From a virus (taxonomy: Duplodnaviria; Caudoviricetes), in the IMG/VR virus record IMGVR_UViG_3300048592_000644, positions 1-54,668 of that record: DNA of 54,668 bases; one strand, written 5' to 3'. The first letter of the stretch is position 1, and every line of letters begins with the position of its first letter. The translations under genes and the position numbers were made by a program. Shown here in pieces: positions 47,812 to 54,668 of the stretch. The notes beneath the pieces are model-generated. The model was not told the origin of the DNA and ran no database searches. It saw only the letters and a list, made by a program, of their open reading frames with translations.

Positions 47812-48495
47812 TTATAACTCGAAGTCTACCACATCGGCCGTGGCCTCATTTTCTTGCGGTTGTCTGTTTGGTTCTAGTCGGCCGGTATCTACAAATTCAG
47901 CATCTATGATGGGGTTATTCCGCTCGGATTGACCACTGAACAATACCTCTACTAAATCAATATCATCTTCATCTGGGGTTGTGGCCTGGGCAGTAATAAG
48001 CGCAAGGTTTTTAATGTGTACCTGTAGTGCTTCATCGCTCATACCCGCCAAGCGGTGATTAATGTCAATTTGTCCGCTCACTAATTGATTAACTTGCCCA
48101 TCTAAGGTGGCTTGTATTCTAGTAATACTTTTCCAACGTTCCGGCGCACGGTTGTACAAAAGTACCTCCATTGCTCTTGTGTCGCCTGACATGCCCTTGA
48201 GATAAAGAGAATCTTCTATATCTTCTACCCGGCTATCTTTGGCCTTGTCAGCTAAAGCGGCAAAAATTGGGTTAGCCAATCGCTCTTTACGGTAGGTTGA
48301 GGTATCTATACCGCACAAAGCGCAAGCGGCATCTACCGTCTTGCAGTCATTAAGCAACTCAAGAAACATGGCTTGCATTTTAGGCGTGAATCTTTTTTTG
48401 CGCCCGGCCCCTTTCGGGTTTTTTGGTTTTTCTTTTTTCTCGCTTTTTTCACTTTGGGGGTCGGCCGGGGGAGTAGCTTTCTTTTTTCTAGGCAT
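47812..48495 (-). CDS. terS: terminase small subunit
   Basis: FLELL...VDAACALCGIDTST HTH, IEDSLY, LLYNRAPERW; directly upstream of terL. Confidence 0.8.
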   Translation of the reverse strand: MPRKKKATPPADPQSEKSEKKEKPKNPKGAGRKKRFTPKMQAMFLELLNDCKTVDAACALCGIDTSTYRKERLANPIFAALADKAKDSRVEDIEDSLYLKGMSGDTRAMEVLLYNRAPERWKSITRIQATLDGQVNQLVSGQIDINHRLAGMSDEALQVHIKNLALITAQATTPDEDDIDLVEVLFSGQSERNNPIIDAEFVDTGRLEPNRQPQENEATADVVDFEL

Positions 48496-48498
48496 GGG

Positions 48499-49203
48499 TT
48501 AAATCTCGTTTTCCTCAAAAGACACACTTTCGCCATGTTCTAGCCAGTCAGACAAACTTTCTTCCATGGCCATCTGTAACATTCTCACATTGCTCTTGAG
48601 GGTTTTCACATTAGCATCTATTTTAACTACGCTTACTGGTTGCCCGTCTATCACAAAACAGACTACGGCCGCCTCCTCATTTTTGGCTATTACCTCAGCT
48701 ACTTTCTTGCTCACTCTTTGGGCTATTTTTAGCACATCGGCTTTTAGCTTCATGCTTTCCCGCCCTTGCTCCACCCGTTGCTCTTGCATCATTTTCATTA
48801 TTTCTACGGTGGGATGCCGGAAAATATCTAGTTTGGCTAGGGTTAACTCTTGAGCGTCAATGATTTGTTTTAGCTTTTTCTTACTGGTTTTGCCATGAAC
48901 GGTGTTGAGGTTGTTTACTAAATTAAACTTCTCCTCTTTAGACAAGTTTCCGGCAAAAACATTGCAAACAATACTGTCATGGCCTAAATTCCCCCATTCA
49001 GTTATGCGGTGTCGGCCCCCAAGCACCTCATACCCATCCTCTTTCTTGAGTAAAGAGGGTAAGGTAACAGGGAGGCCAATACCCTCTAATTCAGATGATA
49101 GGCGTTGCCTTTGGCTATCATCCATCTCATTTGCGCTGAACTCACTCCAAGAAATGTTTTCTAATGGCACTTCATAAGTGCCAACATACTGTAACTTTGA
49201 CAT
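48499..49203 (-). CDS. ParB/Srx N-terminal domain protein
   Basis: ANEMD...L..EL..IG, YEVLGGRHR, NLNTVHG. Confidence 0.75.
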   Translation of the reverse strand: MSKLQYVGTYEVPLENISWSEFSANEMDDSQRQRLSSELEGIGLPVTLPSLLKKEDGYEVLGGRHRITEWGNLGHDSIVCNVFAGNLSKEEKFNLVNNLNTVHGKTSKKKLKQIIDAQELTLAKLDIFRHPTVEIMKMMQEQRVEQGRESMKLKADVLKIAQRVSKKVAEVIAKNEEAAVVCFVIDGQPVSVVKIDANVKTLKSNVRMLQMAMEESLSDWLEHGESVSFEENEI

Positions 49204-49263
49204 GATTTATTACCCCTTTCTTTTCAGGATAATTCATTTTAATATATTTGTCATCTTAACAAC

Positions 49264-49294
49264 AAAAAAAACACCTCGTCAGAGGTGTTTTTTT
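49264..49294. terminator. intrinsic terminator (bidirectional)
   Basis: aaaaaaaacacctc-gtca-gaggtgttttttt. Confidence 0.9.
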
Positions 49295-49408
49295 CTATTA
49301 ACTTAACTTCACCCTTAGTCATCGGAGATGCCTGGTCATGGGGCTTTTGCATAACCCGAACTTTTGGAGGTTCTTTAATGGGTTAAGTGACCTAACGACT
49401 AAAGGATA
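49264..49408 (-). ncRNA. candidate structured small RNA with anti-Shine-Dalgarno loops
   Basis: Promoter TTGACC-16-TATAAT (49415-49442), nested stems across 49312-49405, terminator at 49264-49294; unpaired GCAUCUCC and CUCC. Confidence 0.55.
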
Positions 49409-49414
49409 AATCTG

Positions 49415-49442
49415 ATTATACTTCGCTTTCGGGGTTGGTCAA
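49415..49442 (-). promoter_or_regulatory. sigma70 promoter for candidate sRNA
   Basis: TTGACC(49437-49442)-16-TATAAT(49415-49420). Confidence 0.6.
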
Positions 49443-49613
49443 CATGGTTTTGTTAGCGGCCGCAATTCTTTCTAAAACCGTTTGGCAATCCTGCATGACC
49501 TCACTTAGAATCTCGCTAAAGTACCGCTCATTACTTTCCCGCCTCTCCGCCATACCCGATACGATATTTTGTAATATCCAGGGAACGCCCTCTCGGTCTG
49601 CCCATTCCAGCAA
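49416..49613 (-). CDS. hypothetical protein (start uncertain)
   Basis: 65-aa ORF with TTG start and poor RBS; in frame with the upstream ORF across one TAG. Confidence 0.4.
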   Translation of the reverse strand: MLEWADREGVPWILQNIVSGMAERRESNERYFSEILSEVMQDCQTVLERIAAANKTMLTNPESEV

Positions 49614-49797
49614 AGCCCCAAACTATACCTTTCGCTCCCCATGTACGCAGGTGCGGTGCTGGTGATGGTTAAAGTAACTATGTCGAAACAAAGCCTCTAA
49701 GATGTTTCTTTGGGTGTCATTCAACACCCCGTCCCATAATTTCTTGTTCATATTAAGAGGGAGTGCCGGGTTTACCCGCCCGGCCGGGCTAATAAAA

Positions 49798-50061
49798 CTA
49801 CTCAGTGGCAGAAAGAGGGTTAAAGTCACGGTAAGACGAAAGGGGCAGTGCCTTTTCATCGTAATAATCAACTGTTTTCGCAAAGTATTTGTCGTGGACT
49901 TTAACATAGCAATCTGTTTGTGTACCCCACTGGAACTCCATACAGAAAAACCGTTGGGTAAAGCCGTATTCGTCGGAGTTCCAAGAGAGCGGGGGAAGTT
50001 GCCCTAAAGCATCAAACCATTGCTCCTCTGTAATTTCCTTAAAACCGTTTAGTTCGTTCAT
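49798..50061 (-). CDS. hypothetical protein
   Basis: EITEEQWFDALGQLPP..W...F.CME motif; AGGAGATGC RBS and own promoter. Confidence 0.7.
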   Translation of the reverse strand: MNELNGFKEITEEQWFDALGQLPPLSWNSDEYGFTQRFFCMEFQWGTQTDCYVKVHDKYFAKTVDYYDEKALPLSSYRDFNPLSATE

Positions 50062-50098
50062 AGCATCTCCTTTGTGAAGTGGTTAAGTTATAAAGCTA

Positions 50099-50127
50099 AT
50101 TGTAACAAAAACGTAACGCAAAAGCAA
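50099..50127 (-). promoter_or_regulatory. sigma70 promoter with inverted GTAACGCAAA box
   Basis: TTGCTT(50122-50127)-17-TACAAT(50099-50104), then TAGCTTTATAACTTAA identical to the 8056 promoter. Confidence 0.7.
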
Positions 50128-50129
50128 AC

Positions 50130-50155
50130 AAAAAGAGCCTATTTAGGCTCTTTTT
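50130..50155. terminator. intrinsic terminator
   Basis: aaaaagagcct-attt-aggctcttttt. Confidence 0.85.
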
Positions 50156-50185
50156 GGTAAGAAGTTTTGAGGTTAATAAAGCTAA

Positions 50186-50335
50186 TTAGCGTTTTGTGCC
50201 TTGTTTTTTACCACTTGGCTTTCCATCCCGGCCGAACAATGGCTTAACAAAGGTTCGTTTCCCGCCCCGGTGCTTGGATAAGCGGGGGTATGGGGCAAAA
50301 GTTGGTACACCTGCATAATCTTTTTCTACTAACAT
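50186..50335 (-). CDS. small basic protein (49 aa; absent from ORF track)
   Basis: AAGGAG RBS, then MLVEKDYAGVPTFAPYPRLSKHRGGKRTFVKPLFGRDGKPSGKKQGTKR*. Confidence 0.55.
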   Translation of the reverse strand: MLVEKDYAGVPTFAPYPRLSKHRGGKRTFVKPLFGRDGKPSGKKQGTKR

Positions 50336-50350
50336 GGTCACTTTCTCCTT

Positions 50351-50611
50351 TTATGAGTGGCTTAAATTGCGGGGCCAGAGTGCTTTTATTTTATCTTCTA
50401 GCTCATTGACCCTTGTTTCATCAAAACGCCCCTTGTAGGCTTGCCTACGGCGTAGGGCAAGCAGTTTTTGGGCATTGGTTAGGCGGGAGCGTATCTTTCT
50501 TACTGCTATCCCCCTACCCCGGCCGCCTTCCGGGAAAGGGATGGCACTAGCTTCATTAACCAGCTTGTCAACCAACTGAAGGATGTAAGCGGGTGTTCTC
50601 AGGGTACTCAT
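50351..50611 (-). CDS. hypothetical basic protein
   Basis: 86 aa, ATGA coupling. Confidence 0.6.
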   Translation of the reverse strand: MSTLRTPAYILQLVDKLVNEASAIPFPEGGRGRGIAVRKIRSRLTNAQKLLALRRRQAYKGRFDETRVNELEDKIKALWPRNLSHS

Positions 50612-51162
50612 TGCGCCCCGGCCGACACGTTAAGGTGCGCCTCAATAAAGGTCGCACACTCTAAGAATAGGCTGATTGAATTTAAGGCCATCACTTTGTC
50701 GTAATTGACATTGTAATATTCAATCAAATCAATAACTGAACATAGGCGGGAATAACCTTCCTTTCCTTCCCCATCGCTAATTGACATATCCCCGGCCGGT
50801 GAGAGTTGCGATAAGAAAATATCTTTTCCGGCTTTTTCCGTTAACCGTTCTGGGGTGCAGAAAAAGCGAAAGAAAGAACTTTCAGAACATCTTGCCATTT
50901 CTTGCCGTGCTGACTGCCGTTCATCTCGAATAACGATGGCTCGGCTTGTATGTTCAAGGGCAACCAGTTCTAACTCGCTTTGGTTTTCAGAGATAACAAC
51001 CTCTCCTAAGTTGGCATGGTACATCTCGTTAGGCATGGCACACCAAAGGGTACATTTATCCTGTTGGCTTGCCTTAACAAATAACAAGGCGTGGTAAGCC
51101 TGTTCATAGTACCCCGTTGTCTGGGGTTTATCTTCCTTCCAGTATGTTGCATAAAATAACAT
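50608..51162 (-). CDS. hypothetical protein
   Basis: ORF 50608-51168; ATG 51162 is spaced correctly from AGGAGATGC. Confidence 0.65.
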   Translation of the reverse strand: MLFYATYWKEDKPQTTGYYEQAYHALLFVKASQQDKCTLWCAMPNEMYHANLGEVVISENQSELELVALEHTSRAIVIRDERQSARQEMARCSESSFFRFFCTPERLTEKAGKDIFLSQLSPAGDMSISDGEGKEGYSRLCSVIDLIEYYNVNYDKVMALNSISLFLECATFIEAHLNVSAGAQ

Positions 51163-51234
51163 GGGCATCTCCTTTGGGTTATTGATTTATCTCAGCCTAA
51201 TAACTCAAGGCTATTAGACTGAGTAAGCCAATAA

Positions 51235-51711
51235 CTACCGGCCCCGGCCGCTACCAATACCTTTGGCAATTTCCCCTAAAACATCCCAAACATTTTCGCC
51301 TGGGCTTGGGTTTTCAAACAGGCCGGGAATGTCGTCATCCGGCACATAATCACCCTCAGAGGCTAATACTTCTAAACCAGCTTTAACATAACCATCTGGG
51401 TCAATTTCTGGGTCATCTTCATTGAAAAGCCAGTTATCTAAGGCTTCTTTCGCCATATGGCGAAGTTCGGCGTTGCTGGTTGGTACAGTCGTGCCACAAT
51501 CCCCATCGGCTGGCATGTTGCGCGGGGTAAAAGTTACGTCACTACCCTCACCATCAACCTCATAATAGGCTAACACTTTCTTGCCCAAAGCATACTTGGC
51601 AAAATCTTCGGCGGTTGGGTTATCAACAAAGCCTAATTCATTTGCTTGTAAAGCGAATAATGCGGCTTGTTTTTCTTCTACGGACAAGGTGGTGGCGGTT
51701 TTGGTACTCAT
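51235..51711 (-). CDS. hypothetical acidic protein
   Basis: 158 aa, D/E-rich, AGGAGATGC RBS. Confidence 0.7.
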   Translation of the reverse strand: MSTKTATTLSVEEKQAALFALQANELGFVDNPTAEDFAKYALGKKVLAYYEVDGEGSDVTFTPRNMPADGDCGTTVPTSNAELRHMAKEALDNWLFNEDDPEIDPDGYVKAGLEVLASEGDYVPDDDIPGLFENPSPGENVWDVLGEIAKGIGSGRGR

Positions 51712-51748
51712 GTTGCATCTCCTGGAATATAAAGGTTAATAAAAAAAA

Positions 51749-52018
51749 CTAATCTAAGTCCAAATAAGCACCCCAATCAGCAAGGGTCTTTGTGTTGGTT
51801 GGTTCAACTACGCCATCCTCACCTTCTACGGGTGTTAACTCTGAGACCACCCAATCTTTGCGGCTTTCTGTTTTGCCGTAAAAGGCGCAAACTTGAGCGA
51901 AGGTCATGTATTGGTGTTGGCGGAGTGATGGTTCAACGTTAAATGTTCCTTCCTCAGTCGGAACATCTTTAATAACTTTGTTAATTTCATATCGGTAGTC
52001 ATTCATTGTGTTGGTCAT
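51749..52018 (-). CDS. hypothetical protein
   Basis: 89 aa, AGGAGATGC RBS, first gene after a promoter. Confidence 0.7.
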   Translation of the reverse strand: MTNTMNDYRYEINKVIKDVPTEEGTFNVEPSLRQHQYMTFAQVCAFYGKTESRKDWVVSELTPVEGEDGVVEPTNTKTLADWGAYLDLD

Positions 52019-52056
52019 GTTGCATCTCCTAGCGGGTTAATTAAGTTATAGTGCCT

Positions 52057-52085
52057 ATTTTACGCTCTTTGTGTTACGCTGTCAA
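52057..52085 (-). promoter_or_regulatory. sigma70 promoter with GTAACACAAA box
   Basis: TTGACA(52080-52085)-17-TAAAAT(52057-52062), then TATAACTTAA. Confidence 0.8.
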
Positions 52086-52093
52086 TGGGTTTA

Positions 52094-52387
52094 TTAACCA
52101 ATTTCCCGTTTTGCTTTGAGTGCGGTTAACCCCGGCCGGTAGTGGAGTAGATACCATTCCGGCGGCCGGGGCATTTTTCTTCTGTGCGCTCCCCATGCCT
52201 CAGCCAACCGCTCATTAAAAATTTCGACTATGGCCTCTGAGAAGGGGTCTATAGGCTCAAAGCGACTACTATCAAGGATTCGCTCTATCTCATGTCTGGA
52301 AAGCGGTATTTGTTGTTGGACAACCAAACACTTTGCATCTTTTATCATTTCCCTTAGCTCTAAGAGAGTTACTTCCTCAGCTTTCAT
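52094..52387 (-). CDS. hypothetical protein
   Basis: ORF 52094-52435; likely start MKAEE after GGGGGAG. Confidence 0.55.
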   Translation of the reverse strand: MKAEEVTLLELREMIKDAKCLVVQQQIPLSRHEIERILDSSRFEPIDPFSEAIVEIFNERLAEAWGAHRRKMPRPPEWYLLHYRPGLTALKAKREIG

Positions 52388-52727
52388 ACTCCCCCTTCGC
52401 AATATCCAAAATAGCCTGATTAAACTCACTCTCACCTATTTCTTTGGCCTCAACCTTAGAAAATAATTTTTCCAGCAAAAGGGAATTTTTAGGGTTTTTG
52501 ATGCCGTTGACTAATTGCTCAAAGAGTGTAAACCCGTCAACCCATATAAGCAGGGATGGTTCTGATTCGGCTATGCCATGAAAAGCCCGTCTCAATTCCG
52601 ATGAAGCATCTATGATGCAGAGGGATGAATAGCGACTGTATATTGGTGCGTCATTAAGATAAAGAGCCAATACACCGCCAATTGTTAAGCCAATACGCTC
52701 AAGGCAGTTGTTAATAGGTGGGTGCAT
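52377..52727 (-). CDS. hypothetical protein
   Basis: 116-aa ORF in operon. Confidence 0.55.
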   Translation of the reverse strand: MHPPINNCLERIGLTIGGVLALYLNDAPIYSRYSSLCIIDASSELRRAFHGIAESEPSLLIWVDGFTLFEQLVNGIKNPKNSLLLEKLFSKVEAKEIGESEFNQAILDIAKGEYES

Positions 52728-52728
52728 A

Positions 52729-52983
52729 TTACTTATCCCTATCTAACCCTATTTGCTTGTGTAACATCTGGTACTGTTGTTTCTCCACCTGTTTTAAGTA
52801 GTAATAAAACTCAGTAGAGAGAAGGTCGTTAATGGCCTCGCTTGCCTCTTTGCCGCTTAGGTCACAATCTGGCAAAACATTAAAGATGCCAATAGCGGCA
52901 TCTATCAACCCCACCACCTTACCCTCGTCGCTTCGGCAATCTGTTCTAGTTATGATTGAACCCTTTGTTTTTTCTTCACTCAT
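52729..52983 (-). CDS. hypothetical protein
   Basis: 84 aa, GGGGTG RBS. Confidence 0.55.
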   Translation of the reverse strand: MSEEKTKGSIITRTDCRSDEGKVVGLIDAAIGIFNVLPDCDLSGKEASEAINDLLSTEFYYYLKQVEKQQYQMLHKQIGLDRDK

Positions 52984-53509
52984 TGTTCACCCCACCTTTA
53001 TCTTGAATATTCAAACTTAATTCAATCTTCATAGAATCCCGTAGCCGGATGGGGAACTCGGCGGCCGGGAACTCGTGGTGAAGGCGATTGACCAGCACTT
53101 CCTCAACCGTTTTTACCGCTAATTGATTAGTGAGGTGAAACAGGCCCCGGCACACAATAGTCGGCCGGGTAAGGCTTGCCCTTTTCGTTACCTCGAAAAC
53201 AGGGGAGGCCATATCAACCCTGATGCCGCTCATGCCTAAAAAATGCAACTGGTAAGGCTCAGGCCGTGCGGCCGATGAAACAACAGTGTTCACTAAGTTA
53301 GGGTTACAAAAGGCAATATCAAAGTTATGCCCCACCCACCCGTCCTTTTGCGGAAAAAGAGTGCTTAACTTGTGCCGGGCGTTGCTTCTTACGTCCTTTT
53401 CGTCGGCCGAATGTAAGGCATGAAGGGAGATGTATAACCTCATACCATATTTTTCCTCTCGACGTGCGGCACTCAGTACCATGCCATAGAGGTTGCGTTC
53501 TTTGCTCAT
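52976..53509 (-). CDS. hypothetical protein
   Basis: 177 aa, ATGA coupling to the ClpP-like gene. Confidence 0.6.
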   Translation of the reverse strand: MSKERNLYGMVLSAARREEKYGMRLYISLHALHSADEKDVRSNARHKLSTLFPQKDGWVGHNFDIAFCNPNLVNTVVSSAARPEPYQLHFLGMSGIRVDMASPVFEVTKRASLTRPTIVCRGLFHLTNQLAVKTVEEVLVNRLHHEFPAAEFPIRLRDSMKIELSLNIQDKGGVNNE

Positions 53510-54219
53510 ACTTCATCTCCCCCATAACGTGCCTCACGCGCCTCCATAACACCCCCACCTTTTGCTAAGGGTACATTACTGGCTTGGCGGGGGGGTATCC
53601 CACCAATCACGGTATCCACCATCCCATAGGCCAACGCTTCCCCGCCCGTCAGCCATGTTTCCCGTTCCAGCATATCTGCGATTTTTTCACGGGTAACATT
53701 AGAGCGGAGGGCATACAGGTCAATCGCCTGTTGGTAAACGTACTCAATGACCTTTGTGGTGTCCTTTATCTCCCGATATGTGCCTAAGATTAAGCCTCGT
53801 GGGGGATGGATAAGAAACAAGCTGTTACTGGTGGCAAAACGTTGGTTACAGACCAAATAAATGAGCGTTCCGGCACTTGCCACCAAACCCTCATTAAACG
53901 CCCAAATTTCGTTAGTTGTGAGGCTGTTTAATTCACTGGCAAAAGATAGGGCAATTAACGCCTCTCCCCCGGCCGTGTTGATATGCAGTCTAATGGGGAT
54001 GTCTACGTTCAGTTGGTATTCAGCCTTAAACCGTTCTATGCGGCGGTCGGCCTCAATCAACTCCTTTCGTAAACTCAAAATTGTTTCCGGGGTGATGTCC
54101 TGGTAAAAGAAAATATCAACCCCGCTCCCACCACTTATAGGGGCTGGTGGAGGGGCAATCGGTGAATCAGAATCGTTATTGTGCGGGGGAACTAAACTAC
54201 TTAATTTAGGTAAATTCAT
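53506..54219 (-). CDS. ClpP-family (S14) protease
   Basis: IRLHINTAGGE, GLVASAGTLI (catalytic Ser), FLIHPP (His), RETWLTGGEALAYGMVDTVI. Confidence 0.9.
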   Translation of the reverse strand: MNLPKLSSLVPPHNNDSDSPIAPPPAPISGGSGVDIFFYQDITPETILSLRKELIEADRRIERFKAEYQLNVDIPIRLHINTAGGEALIALSFASELNSLTTNEIWAFNEGLVASAGTLIYLVCNQRFATSNSLFLIHPPRGLILGTYREIKDTTKVIEYVYQQAIDLYALRSNVTREKIADMLERETWLTGGEALAYGMVDTVIGGIPPRQASNVPLAKGGGVMEAREARYGGDEV

Positions 54220-54234
54220 TGTGCCTCTTTTGTG

Positions 54235-54654
54235 TTAAATGCTGATGCCTATTCTTGCCTCTGGGTAATCCCGGCAAGCCTGTAAATAACTCTCGACAAA
54301 GCCGATTAACCCTTTATAGGTACTTGCTATGCCAATATCTTTTTGTAAGGGGATAAAGCGGTCTGGGTGTGACTTTAGTTCGTTCAGTGCTTTTTCTAAG
54401 GTTGGTACAAGTTTCTCTGGCCGCCCCCAACCATCCCTTTCATACAAGCCCCATGTGACTTCCTGCAAACCGCTTTCTATGACCATTTCTTTAACGCAGG
54501 GGGTTAGGTGGTGTTGCCATACTCTTCGGCCGGGGGATTTGACATTACTTTCCGGCACAAAAAACGATATACCAAAAAACACAGGTATTCTACGGGGCGG
54601 GGTAGGATTAAATAGGGGCAATTGTTTGGCCTCTGGCAAGGTGTCAGTTTCCAC
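54235..54654 (-). CDS. hypothetical phage protein
   Basis: 139 aa, AGGAG RBS with GTG start; LEKALNELKSHPDRF...YLQACRDYPEA. Confidence 0.65.
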   Translation of the reverse strand: METDTLPEAKQLPLFNPTPPRRIPVFFGISFFVPESNVKSPGRRVWQHHLTPCVKEMVIESGLQEVTWGLYERDGWGRPEKLVPTLEKALNELKSHPDRFIPLQKDIGIASTYKGLIGFVESYLQACRDYPEARIGISI

Positions 54655-54668
54655 AGGTAGCTCCTAAA

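Noticed and set aside
49312-49405. Resemblance of the structured RNA to c-di-GMP-I, SAM-I or glycine riboswitch fragments
   Set aside because: Only short sub-motifs match (GCAAA.GCC, GCCC.AUGA.C..GCA, GGAGA); the other conserved elements are missing. An Rfam scan is needed to exclude this fully
1-54668. CRISPR array, tRNA or rRNA genes
   Set aside because: No regularly spaced repeat-spacer units and no cloverleaf or T-loop signatures were seen in the few intergenic gaps (checked by eye only)
1-54668. Genome-wide stop-codon reassignment
   Set aside because: Coding density is high under the standard code, and TAG, TGA and TAA all end well-defined genes at sensible points

Overview
A 54.7-kb segment of a tailed dsDNA (siphovirus-like) phage genome, almost entirely encoded on the minus strand. 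From right to left it carries: small early-type genes and a stand-alone ClpP-family protease (49.4-54.7 kb); a packaging/head module (ParB-like protein, small and GpA-like large terminase, portal, GroES, head morphogenesis protein, fused protease-scaffold-capsid); neck and tail genes (three tail-tube-like paralogs, a probable +1 frameshifted chaperone, three YadA-like fibre paralogs, a sulfotransferase, tape measure, distal tail); a putative lysis region with a double glycoside hydrolase; multi-HTH proteins, thyA and folA; and a divergent promoter pair driving an operon that resembles a Streptomyces TraB/Spd DNA-transfer module (FtsK-like ATPase, membrane proteins, SLT+M23 hydrolase). Non-coding signals read by eye are: a promoter- and terminator-bounded candidate sRNA whose unpaired segment is complementary to a GGAGATGC ribosome-binding motif found at 10 non-virion starts; 10 exact copies of the palindrome TTGAAYRTTCAA; a promoter family sharing a GTAACRCAAA box; an attenuator ahead of the capsid gene; and strong over-representation of CGGCCG. 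A filamentous Chloroflexota host is my inference only. No integrase, replication genes, tRNA or CRISPR array were seen. All family calls come from motif recognition; no database searches were run.
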